The position numbers were made by a program, and so were the translations under genes. From the NCBI GenBank assembly GCA_955652795.1, contig CATPBQ010000102.1, forward strand, positions 1 to 24,376: a DNA stretch of 24,376 nt, written 5' to 3'. This DNA is from an uncultured Steroidobacteraceae bacterium. GTDB lineage: Bacteria; Pseudomonadota; Gammaproteobacteria; Steroidobacterales; Steroidobacteraceae. Positions 8,386 through 16,581 of the stretch are shown piece by piece. Every line of letters begins with the position of its first letter. The stretch's first letter is position 1. The notes under the pieces were generated by a model, which did no database searches, was not told where the DNA came from, and was given only the letters and a program-made list of their open reading frames with translations.

Positions 8386-10944
8386 ATGAATCCCCAAACG
8401 AAAGGGGATCACACGCCGCGGGACATGCGTATCTCGCGGCGGGCGTATACGTACGTGACTGCCGCCAGCTTCAAGTTCAAATATTCAGGGGCCGCCTTCC
8501 TGGTGGTGGTGCTCGCCGCGGCTGCGGTGGGTACCGTGCTGCTCGTGCGGGACCAGGCCGACACGCGCACTCTGAGCGCACTCGCCGAGCGTGCCGCGCG
8601 CGAGCGCGTCGATCCCGAGCTGCAGGCCCGGGCGCAGAGCATCGCCGCGCACGTGGCGGATTCAATCGCCGGAGCCGTGCGCGCCGGGGACAGCAGCGGT
8701 GTGGTGCACAGGCTGCAGCCCTTCATCGACGATGCCACGGTGGCCGCCATCAGCGTGACGGCCCGCTCGGGAGCGCGGATTTTCGACTGGCGGCGCAGCG
8801 CCGGCGCGACCCCTGGTGCGCTCAGCGCCCGGGTCACCGATCCGGTGCGCACCTTCGTGGAGCACATCCCCGGCGCCGCGACGCCCGAGACGCTCGCCTC
8901 CGTCACCGTGGTGCTCGAGCAGGCCGCGCCGGTGCCCGAGGTGACCTTAAGCGGACGGCTGGAAGCGGAGAGCGCTGAACGCAATCGGCTCACGTGGCTC
9001 CTGGGCCTTGCGCTCGCCGCGGCGGGCGGGCTCGCCGGCGCCGCCCTGGCCTGGCGCCTCACCCGGCAGCTGCAGCGGCCGGTCGACTCGCTCATCAAGA
9101 GCGCCGATCGTATCGGCCAGGGCGATTACACCCGCCCGGTCGAGGTGCGCCGGCATGAGGCGCTCGCGGACCTGCAGCAGGCGCTCGAGCGCATGCGCGG
9201 GCGGTTGCGCCTGTCCACCATCAACAAGAATTACCTGCACAGCGTGCTCAACAGCATGACCGATGCGGTGTTCGTCACCTCCCCGGACGGGGTCATCAAG
9301 ATGGCAAACTCGGCGGCCTGCAAGCTGCTCAGTTTCGCCGAAGAGGAACTCCTCGGCCGCAGCATCATTGCGGTGCTCGAGGAGCGTGAGCGCGCCGGCT
9401 TCGATCTGCTGCAGGCGGCGCAGGAGACGCGCGAGACGGTGGTGCGCACGCGCAGCGGTCAGACGATCCCGGTGTCGTTCACCGGCTCGCGCATCGACAG
9501 CGACGACCCGCAGTTCCAGGGCAACATCTTCGTGGCGCGCAACATCACCGACCGCAAGCGCGCCGAACGCCGCATACGCTATCTGGCGCGCTACGACGCG
9601 CTCACCAAGATCCCGAACCGCATGCAGTTCCACCATCTGCTGCAGCAGACCATCGCGCGTGCGCTGCGCAGCGGCCAGGTGGTGGCGGTGCTGTACCTGG
9701 ACATGGACCGCTTCAAGGAAGTCAACGACACTTTCGGCCACGGCGCCGGCGATCGCACGCTGGAAGTGCTGGCCGAGCGCCTGACGCGCTCGCTGCCGAA
9801 GGAGACCGTGGTGGGACGGCTCGCCGGGGACGAGTTCGCGCTGTTCGTGGATGGCCTGCCGTCCGATGCCGACAACCGCGGACCGATTGCGCAGCTGGCA
9901 CGCTCGCTCCTGACCGAGGTGTGCCGCCCGTTCCAGCTTAACCAGAACGAGGTGTTCCTCACCGCGAGCGTCGGCATCGCCTTCTGCCCGCGCGATGCGG
10001 AGAACGTCATCGACCTGATCCGCAACGCGGATGCGGCCATGTACTACTCCAAGCAGAACGGCGGCAACACCTTCGCCTTCTACTCCCCGGAGATGAACGC
10101 CGCCGCGGTCGAGCGGCTGATGTTGAAGAGCAAACTGCGGCGGGCGCTGGAACGCGACGAGCTGGAGATCCGCTACCAGCCCAAGGTAGACCTGCGCAAC
10201 GGCCACATCATCGGCGCCGAGGCGCTGTTGCGCTGGCGCCTGCCCGGGCACGGCGACATTCCGCCCTCGCATTTCATTCCGCTGGCCGAGGAAACCAACC
10301 TCATACTGGATATCGGCGAGTGGGTGCTGAACCGCGTGTGCCTCGATTACCGCCAGATGCAGAGCAAGGGCGGCGACCCGGGACGCATCTCACTTAACCT
10401 GTCGCTCAAGCAGCTGCGCCAGGCGAGTTTCATCCTGCGCTGCCGCTCGGTATTCCGCCGCCACCAGGTGTCCCCGACCGCGTTCGAGCTGGAGATCACC
10501 GAAACCACCCTGATGGCGGATCCGCAGCGCACCGTGCGGCTGCTCGATGAGCTGTACGCGATGGGCCTGCACCTGTCGATCGATGACTTCGGCACCGGCT
10601 ACTCCTCGCTGTCGGCGCTGCAGCAGTTTCCCATCGGCACCCTGAAAATCGACCAGTCCTTCGTGCGCGACGCGACCGACGATGCCGGTGATGCGACCAT
10701 CGTGCGCACCATCATCGAGATGGGACGCAGCCTCGGCATGGAAGTGATTGCCGAGGGTGTCGAGTCGCAGCGGCAGCTGGAATTCCTGCGCAGCAACGCC
10801 TGCCACTACGGGCAGGGGCGGCTGTTCGGCGAGCCGTGCACCGCGGAGGACCTGCTGGCACTGCTCGCGCGCCAGGCCGCAGGCGGCGCACCCTTCGCAC
10901 ACCTGCTGCACCGGGCCGACGGGGCGGCTTCCCGCTCGGCCTGA
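8386..10944 (+). CDS. Membrane-bound HAMP-PAS-GGDEF-EAL c-di-GMP signalling protein
   Basis: Two hydrophobic TM segments around a periplasmic region, HAMP, PAS (LNSMTDAVFVTSPDG), RYDALTKIPNR, AGDEF at 9823-9837, and EAL motifs EALLRW, LEITE, DDFGTGYSSL, LKIDQSF, AEGVE. Start uncertain (8386 or ATG 8425). Confidence 0.92.
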   Translation: MNPQTKGDHTPRDMRISRRAYTYVTAASFKFKYSGAAFLVVVLAAAAVGTVLLVRDQADTRTLSALAERAARERVDPELQARAQSIAAHVADSIAGAVRAGDSSGVVHRLQPFIDDATVAAISVTARSGARIFDWRRSAGATPGALSARVTDPVRTFVEHIPGAATPETLASVTVVLEQAAPVPEVTLSGRLEAESAERNRLTWLLGLALAAAGGLAGAALAWRLTRQLQRPVDSLIKSADRIGQGDYTRPVEVRRHEALADLQQALERMRGRLRLSTINKNYLHSVLNSMTDAVFVTSPDGVIKMANSAACKLLSFAEEELLGRSIIAVLEERERAGFDLLQAAQETRETVVRTRSGQTIPVSFTGSRIDSDDPQFQGNIFVARNITDRKRAERRIRYLARYDALTKIPNRMQFHHLLQQTIARALRSGQVVAVLYLDMDRFKEVNDTFGHGAGDRTLEVLAERLTRSLPKETVVGRLAGDEFALFVDGLPSDADNRGPIAQLARSLLTEVCRPFQLNQNEVFLTASVGIAFCPRDAENVIDLIRNADAAMYYSKQNGGNTFAFYSPEMNAAAVERLMLKSKLRRALERDELEIRYQPKVDLRNGHIIGAEALLRWRLPGHGDIPPSHFIPLAEETNLILDIGEWVLNRVCLDYRQMQSKGGDPGRISLNLSLKQLRQASFILRCRSVFRRHQVSPTAFELEITETTLMADPQRTVRLLDELYAMGLHLSIDDFGTGYSSLSALQQFPIGTLKIDQSFVRDATDDAGDATIVRTIIEMGRSLGMEVIAEGVESQRQLEFLRSNACHYGQGRLFGEPCTAEDLLALLARQAAGGAPFAHLLHRADGAASRSA

Positions 10945-10985
10945 AGGCGGTTTGCGGCCACGGTCGCCCCGGCAGAGCGTGTGTC

Positions 10986-12446
10986 GTGAGAATTCGCCGC
11001 GGCCGGCTCCTCACCCTGTGCGTGGTTGCGGCCTGGCTCACAACCGCCTGGTGGCAGGCGCACAAGCCCCTGCCTGCCGGCACGCATATCGCCTCCGCCG
11101 TGTGCGCCGTGCCGGCGGACGAGGTGAGCTTCATCGCCGACATCACCGCCGCGGATGCCTGGGGGCGCGCGGTCGTGAGCCACGGGATCTTCGACCAGGT
11201 TCTGGAGGTGGTGCGCCACGCACGCCGCTTCATCGTGCTCGATTACTCGCTGTTTGCAGGCACAGCGGCTGCAAGCGCTCCACAGCGGCGCATCGCCGCA
11301 GAGCTCGGCGATGCGCTGCTCGCGCGGCGGCGCGCGCTGCCTGAGCTGAAAGTGCTGTTCATCACCGATCCGGTGAACGAGGGCTACGGGGCCGCGCCCT
11401 CGGCGGAGCTGCAGCTGCTGCGCGACGGCGGTGTCGAGGTCGTGCTGACGGATCTGGATGCGCTGCGCGATTCCAACCTGCTGTACTCGAGCCTGTGGCG
11501 GCTGGCGCTGCGCTGGTGGGATACGCCGGCGAGGCCCCTGGGGGTCGAGACGCGGCGCCTCAACTTCAAGGCCGACCACCGCAAGGTGCTGATAGCAGAC
11601 GACGGCCGGGGCGGACTGGCGGCGGTGGTGGCTTCGGCAAACCCGGACGACGGCGAGAGCGCCTGGTCGAACGCGGCCGCGCGCGTCAGCGGCGCGGCAC
11701 TCGCCTCGCTCCTGGCGAGCGAGCTGGCGGTAGCGCGTTTCTCAGGCTGGCGCGGACGCGGCGACGCCTATTCGCCCGCGCCGGCTTCAGTCCCGGGGCC
11801 GGCGCCGGACTGCGCTGCCGATTCCGCGGGGGGCCTGGCGGCGGGCAGCAGCGCCCGCGTGCAGGTGCTCACCGAGGGCGCAATCCGCGCCGCGCTCCTC
11901 GAGCGGATGGCTGCCGCGGGGCGGGGCGACTCGATCGATGTGGCGATGTTCCATCTCGCCGACAGCGGCGTAGCCGAGGCGCTGCTGGCGGCCGCCAGGC
12001 GCGCCGTCAGCGTGCGCCTCATTCTCGATCCGAACGAGGACGCGACCACCGGCAGCTCCGGCATTCCAAATCAGCCGGTGGCGAGTGAACTCGTGGCGCG
12101 CGGCGGCGGGACGATACACGTGCGCTGGTATCGCACGCATGGCGAGCGTTTTCATGACGCCATGGTGATGATCTACGGGCCGCAGCGGCTGTGGCTGACG
12201 CTCGGTTCGGCCAACCTCACGCGGCGAGCTTTGAACGACTACAACCTCGAGGCGAACGTCGCCATCGAGGTGGCGCGCAGCGCGCCGCTGGCGCAGCAGA
12301 CGCTCGGTTATTTCGACACGCTGTGGAGCAACCGAGCGGCGCTCGGCATCGAGTACACCGCCGATTTCGCCGTATTCGCGAATCCGGCGCAGTCGGACTA
12401 CTGGCTCTGCCGGCTGATGGAGGGCGTGGGCCTGTCCTCGTTCTGA
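10986..12446 (+). CDS. Phospholipase D superfamily protein (exported or membrane-anchored), second HKD motif degenerate
   Basis: First HxKxxxxD intact (HRKVLIAD at 11577). The second site reads FHDAMVMIYG before GSANLT. Start likely GTG 10986 (MRIRRGRLLTLCVVAAWL, signal/anchor-like); the track start at 10836 lies inside the upstream gene. Confidence 0.82.
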   Translation: MRIRRGRLLTLCVVAAWLTTAWWQAHKPLPAGTHIASAVCAVPADEVSFIADITAADAWGRAVVSHGIFDQVLEVVRHARRFIVLDYSLFAGTAAASAPQRRIAAELGDALLARRRALPELKVLFITDPVNEGYGAAPSAELQLLRDGGVEVVLTDLDALRDSNLLYSSLWRLALRWWDTPARPLGVETRRLNFKADHRKVLIADDGRGGLAAVVASANPDDGESAWSNAAARVSGAALASLLASELAVARFSGWRGRGDAYSPAPASVPGPAPDCAADSAGGLAAGSSARVQVLTEGAIRAALLERMAAAGRGDSIDVAMFHLADSGVAEALLAAARRAVSVRLILDPNEDATTGSSGIPNQPVASELVARGGGTIHVRWYRTHGERFHDAMVMIYGPQRLWLTLGSANLTRRALNDYNLEANVAIEVARSAPLAQQTLGYFDTLWSNRAALGIEYTADFAVFANPAQSDYWLCRLMEGVGLSSF

Positions 12447-13096
12447 GCAGCACGCTCGGCAGCGGCACGCACCGCCTGCGCGGCCTGCTGCGACACCGCG
12501 CCCAGGGCGGCGCCCGTGGCCTGCTCGAAGGCGGAGACCACGTCGCTCAGGCGGTTGGCGGTGGCAAGCGCGGCGCCGGAAACCACGAACGTCGCCACCA
12601 CATCGCGCCCTGCGCGCGTGCCGACGATGCAGTCGAGCGTCACGTGCACCTCGGGAACTGCACCCCCGGCGGTGTAGTCGGCCTCGAAGCGGCGCACCGC
12701 GATCTGCAGCAGGTAGTCGGACGGGAACGGGCTGGCGGAATCCTCCACCGACGTCCACGCGCCCGAGGCGCGCAGCGTTTCGACCGCGAGCGCCTCGAGC
12801 ACGTCCGCAACCGGACCCGGCCAGCGGCTGCCGGCGTAGAAGTTCATCCGGTGATCCGCCTGCACCAGCATGATGTGCGGGGAGTCGAGCCCGGGGGCCG
12901 CCAGCGGATGACCGACCCGCAGGGAGGCCGCCACGGCCGCGGTGGCCGGCGCGCCGTTGCCAGCCGCGGCGGCCGGCGCGCGCAGGTAGTACGTCTGCTC
13001 GGGGTGCGCGGTGCTGTGGAACAGCCCGGAGCAGCCGCCGGTCAGGATCGTGCACAGCAGCGGCACGGCGCGCATCGCCACTAGCGCAATTCTCAT
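12398..13096 (-). CDS. PqiC-like ABC transport auxiliary lipoprotein
   Basis: Hydrophobic N-terminus with lipobox-like LTGGC, then fold-typical segments (APGLDS, RW, VRRFEADY). ATGA overlap with the MCE gene; last gene of the MlaE/F/D-type operon. Confidence 0.75.
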   Translation of the reverse strand: MRIALVAMRAVPLLCTILTGGCSGLFHSTAHPEQTYYLRAPAAAAGNGAPATAAVAASLRVGHPLAAPGLDSPHIMLVQADHRMNFYAGSRWPGPVADVLEALAVETLRASGAWTSVEDSASPFPSDYLLQIAVRRFEADYTAGGAVPEVHVTLDCIVGTRAGRDVVATFVVSGAALATANRLSDVVSAFEQATGAALGAVSQQAAQAVRAAAERAAQNEDRPTPSISRQSQ

Positions 13097-14028
13097 CGTG
13101 GGATCTCCACCCCGCGCTCCTGCGGCTGATAGATGAGCTGGGCGGGATTCTCCCGCAGGCTGTTCGAGAGCGCGCGAATGTCCTCGGCCGCCTCCCGGCC
13201 CTCACGCGCAAACCGCTCGAGCTCCGGCAGCCCGTCGCGCGTGAACGAACGCACGTCCGCGCGGTTGTCGGCGATCACTGTGTCGAGCTGCTCGCTGGCG
13301 CTCGCCAGGTGGTCCGCAATGCTGTGCATGCGCTGCGCGGCCGCCCGCACGTCCGGCCCGGCCGTATCGATCAACGCATGGGTGCTGCGCGCGGAGGCGG
13401 CCAGCTCGGCGCTGGCGCCGCGCAGCTCCGCGACCAGGGCATTGAGGTCGCGCATGGTCTGCGGCAGCTTGCTGCTGGCCTCATCGAGGCTGCCCAGCGT
13501 GCTGGAAACCGCGTGCAGATTGGTGTCGTTCAGCAACAGGTCGGCCCGCTGCACCACATCACCGGCCGCTGCCACCAGCTCCGGGAGACTCGCGAGGAAC
13601 ACATCAAAGCGCGACGGCCCCGAACGGATCACGGGGAACTTCAGGCCCGCCACCGCCGGCGCCAGGAGCTTGTCGCTGCGAGCCTCGAACAGGTCGATGT
13701 ACAGCAGCCCCGTGACTCCCTGCAGCTGCAGCTGCGCGACGGTGTGCGCCGATATCGGCGTGGTCGCATCGATGTCGACGATCACCTCGACGCGGCTGGC
13801 ATCGCGCGGGTCGATGTGCATGTCGACCACGCGGCCGACACCGACACCGAGGTAACGCACCGCCGCGCCCCGCTCGAGGCCGCTGACGCTGCCGCTGAAG
13901 TAGATCTCGTAGCGGTTGTAGTTGCGGTGCTCGCGGGCGTCGGAATACCAGTAGACGAACAGCGCTCCCAGCAGCGCCACCAGCAGCACGAAGGCACCGA
14001 CCGCGGCGTAGTTCGCTTCACGTTCCAT
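13093..14028 (-). CDS. MCE (MlaD/PqiB-family) protein with helical C-terminal region
   Basis: N-terminal TM (AAVGAFVLLV), SVSGLERGAAVRYLGVGVGRV, LQGVTGLLYIDL, long helical region, ENPAQLIY end. Confidence 0.88.
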   Translation of the reverse strand: MEREANYAAVGAFVLLVALLGALFVYWYSDAREHRNYNRYEIYFSGSVSGLERGAAVRYLGVGVGRVVDMHIDPRDASRVEVIVDIDATTPISAHTVAQLQLQGVTGLLYIDLFEARSDKLLAPAVAGLKFPVIRSGPSRFDVFLASLPELVAAAGDVVQRADLLLNDTNLHAVSSTLGSLDEASSKLPQTMRDLNALVAELRGASAELAASARSTHALIDTAGPDVRAAAQRMHSIADHLASASEQLDTVIADNRADVRSFTRDGLPELERFAREGREAAEDIRALSNSLRENPAQLIYQPQERGVEIPR

Positions 14029-14785
14029 GCGCGGCTCCCAGGCGCGCGCGCGCGCGCGCGCCGTGGAAGTAGGCCCTGATCCACGGGTGTGGATGGTCGA
14101 CGATGCCTTCCAGGGTGTCGGATTCCATGCGCCGGTCCACGATCACCCCGACACGATTGCAGGTACGGAAGATGGTGTCCAGATCATGGGTAATCATGAC
14201 AATGGTGAGCCGCAGCTGTTTCTGCAGGTATAGCACCAACTCGTCGAACTCGGCCGCGCTCACCGGATCGAGCCCGGAGGTGGGCTCATCGAGAAACAGC
14301 AGGCTTGGATCGAGCGCCAGCGCGCGGGCGAGCGCGGCCCGCTTCACCATGCCGCCGGAGAGCTCGGCGGGGTACTTTTGGGCCGCGTCGGCGGGCAGCC
14401 CGACGAGGCGGATCCTCAGCAGCGCCAGCTCCTCGAGGGCTGTCGGGCCGAGCTCGAGGTGCTCGATCATGGGCAGCTGCACGTTCTGCAGCACGGTCAG
14501 TGCCGAGTACAGGGCGCCCTGCTGGAAAGTGACCCCGTAGTGCGCCTTGACGGAGCGCAGCTGCGCGTCGCTCATTTGCGTGATGTCGCTGCCGGCGATG
14601 CGCACCACCCCGGCGAGCGGGCGCTGCAGGCCGAGGATGGTCCGCAGCAGCACCGACTTGCCGGCGCCGGAACCGCCGACGATGCCAAACACCTCGTCCT
14701 CGCGCACTTCCATGTCGAGCCCGTCGTGGACCACCTGGGTGCCGAAGCGGTTCACCAGCCCCTGCACCTGCAGCACCGGATACAT
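14018..14785 (-). CDS. MlaF-family ABC ATP-binding protein
   Basis: Walker A GGSGAGKS, signature LSGGM, Walker B FLDEPTSGLD, ITHD. True start ATG 14785 (MYPVLQVQGL) by TGATG overlap with the permease; the track extends upstream to 15052. Confidence 0.9.
   Translation of the reverse strand: MYPVLQVQGLVNRFGTQVVHDGLDMEVREDEVFGIVGGSGAGKSVLLRTILGLQRPLAGVVRIAGSDITQMSDAQLRSVKAHYGVTFQQGALYSALTVLQNVQLPMIEHLELGPTALEELALLRIRLVGLPADAAQKYPAELSGGMVKRAALARALALDPSLLFLDEPTSGLDPVSAAEFDELVLYLQKQLRLTIVMITHDLDTIFRTCNRVGVIVDRRMESDTLEGIVDHPHPWIRAYFHGARARARLGAAHGT
14041..14062. repeat. (GC)10 dinucleotide tract forming a perfect 22-bp palindrome
   Basis: G(GC)10C read directly. It lies in the 3' end of the MlaF-like gene (encodes ARARAR), just upstream of the MCE gene RBS. 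Confidence 0.9.
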
Positions 14786-15906
14786 CAGACGTCCATCTCC
14801 ATGAACAGCACCGCGAACAGGGCGTCTGCGAGTATCACAAAGAAGATAGCCTGCACCACCGCGACCGTGACCAGGCGGCCGAGTTCGCGCGCCGAGCCGC
14901 GCACCTGCATGCCGCGATAACAACCAGCCAGGGCGATGAGCAGTGCGAACACCGGCGCCTTGATCACGCCGACCCAGAAGGTACTGGGCGAGATCGCCTC
15001 GATGACGCGGTTCGCGTACTGACTGAGAGGCATGTCGAGCAGGTAGCGGCACAAGAGTGCGCCGCCGGTGAGTCCGATGAGATCGGCGATGACGGTGAGC
15101 AGCGGCAGCGCGATCGTAAGTCCCAGCACCCGTGGCAGCACCAGCAGTTCGAACGGATCGACGCCGGTCGCGGTCAGCGCATCGACCTCCTCGTTGAGCT
15201 GCATGGAGCCGAGCTCGGCCGCAAACGCGCTGCCGGAGCGGCCGGCGACGATGATGGAAGTCAGCAGCACTCCCAGCTCCCGCAGCACCCCGATGGTGAC
15301 CAGATCGACCACATAGATCTCCGCGCCGAGCCCGCGCAGCTGTCGCGCGCTCATGTAGGCGATGATCACGCTGATGAGGAACGCGATCAGTGCCACGATG
15401 GGCATGGCGGTCATACCCGTGTCATACACGTGGCGGGCGATCGCAATCGGCCGCAGGCGCCGTGGGCGCGCCAGGCTCGACAGTAAGGTCGCGCTCGCGC
15501 GGCCGATGAAGGCGAGTCCCTGCATCAGGTCCCGGCCGGCACGCACCGCGGGGCGGCCGATCGCGGCGAGCGCCCGCTCGGCATCAGGGGCCGCCTCTGC
15601 CGGCGGCACGCCCGTCGTGCTGACCTCCTTGAGGGTCTCCTCGAGCAGGCGCAGCTGATCCGGTGGCGTGGCCCGGAACGTCACCGCGGCACCGGCCGCG
15701 CGCGCGCGGCTCACGAACTCGCGCAGTGCCCAGGCGCCCGACAGATCGAGCGCCGTGAGTTGCCGCGTCGCAATCGACACTTGCCGCGCCGCCGCAACAT
15801 CGACCGCGGCCAGAGCGCTCTCGATGGCGGTGAACCGCTGCGCGACCCACTCGCCCGTCAGCTCGAGCTCCAGGCCCTGGTCGGTGCGCCGAACCTCGAC
15901 GCTCAT
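14785..15906 (-). CDS. MlaE-family ABC permease with N-terminal STAS-like domain
   Basis: LRELGVLLTSIIVAGRSGSAFAAELGSMQLNEEVDAL is the MlaE signature. N-terminal LDLSGAW is STAS-like. Confidence 0.9.
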   Translation of the reverse strand: MSVEVRRTDQGLELELTGEWVAQRFTAIESALAAVDVAAARQVSIATRQLTALDLSGAWALREFVSRARAAGAAVTFRATPPDQLRLLEETLKEVSTTGVPPAEAAPDAERALAAIGRPAVRAGRDLMQGLAFIGRASATLLSSLARPRRLRPIAIARHVYDTGMTAMPIVALIAFLISVIIAYMSARQLRGLGAEIYVVDLVTIGVLRELGVLLTSIIVAGRSGSAFAAELGSMQLNEEVDALTATGVDPFELLVLPRVLGLTIALPLLTVIADLIGLTGGALLCRYLLDMPLSQYANRVIEAISPSTFWVGVIKAPVFALLIALAGCYRGMQVRGSARELGRLVTVAVVQAIFFVILADALFAVLFMEMDV

Positions 15907-15927
15907 GATGGGAGCGGGCGCGACGGA

Positions 15928-16410
15928 TCAGCGTTTGGCGTGCAGATGCGCCTCGAGGAACCACAGATACTGGTCGTTGTCGCGCGAGATGCCGGTGAAC
16001 AGATCGGCGCTGTCGGCATCCCCGAGCCTGGCGGCGGCGTCGATCGCGGCGCGCACCTTGGCCCCGAAGTCGGCGAGTGCGGCCGACAGCGCATCGACAT
16101 GGGCAAGGCCTTCGCTGATGTCCTCGGGGTAGGCACGCAGACTCGTGCCGCGGCTCACCGCGGCGATCGTGCCGTGCGCGGTGCCGCCGAGAGCGGTGAC
16201 GCGCTCGGCCAGCGTGTCGATGTGCTCCTCGACGTTCTCGGCCACCTTGTCGAACAGCTCGTGCAGGGCGATGAAGTTCGGGCCCTTGACGTTCCAGTGT
16301 GCGTGTTTGCTTTGCGCGCCCAGGTCGATGGCATCCGCAAGACGTGCGTTCAGCAGCTCGATCACCTTGGACCGGGTGTTGGCCGGCAGGTCGTTCCGGG
16401 TGTCAAACAT
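15928..16410 (-). CDS. dps: Dps, DNA starvation/stationary-phase protection protein
   Basis: HWNVKGPNFIALHELFD...DTLAER ferroxidase motifs, WFLEAH end. ATG 16410 has AAGGAG 6 nt upstream (the track starts at 16437). Confidence 0.93.
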   Translation of the reverse strand: MFDTRNDLPANTRSKVIELLNARLADAIDLGAQSKHAHWNVKGPNFIALHELFDKVAENVEEHIDTLAERVTALGGTAHGTIAAVSRGTSLRAYPEDISEGLAHVDALSAALADFGAKVRAAIDAAARLGDADSADLFTGISRDNDQYLWFLEAHLHAKR

Positions 16411-16464
16411 GGAGGTCTCCTTGATGCATGGCCGCATTTGAACATCCGTACACGCCGGCGGCCA

Positions 16465-16501
16465 ATCGCCTGTCCGGATCGCGATGATAAGCGCGATCTA
16501 T
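16465..16501 (-). promoter_or_regulatory. Putative OxyR (LysR-type) binding site upstream of dps
   Basis: Minus strand reads ATAG-N7-TTAT-N7-ATCC-N7-CGAT, matching 12/16 bases of the OxyR consensus ATAG-N7-CTAT-N7-ATAG-N7-CTAT with exact spacing. It ends 54 nt before the dps ATG. Confidence 0.6.
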
Positions 16502-16581
16502 CGCCGGAGTCTTGTGGGAAAGGCTTACCTGGGCGGGCCGCTGCGGCGCAACCGCAGGCGGCGCGGGGCCTGCGGCCCGTG

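Noticed and set aside
16411-16420. GGAGACCTCC mini-palindrome over the dps RBS
   Set aside because: Only 3-4 bp with a 2-4 nt loop; too unstable to sequester the RBS.
16537-16579. GC-rich hairpins downstream of the permease stop as a possible terminator
   Set aside because: A stem exists (16537-16562) but no U-tract follows on the minus strand, so it cannot be called an intrinsic terminator.
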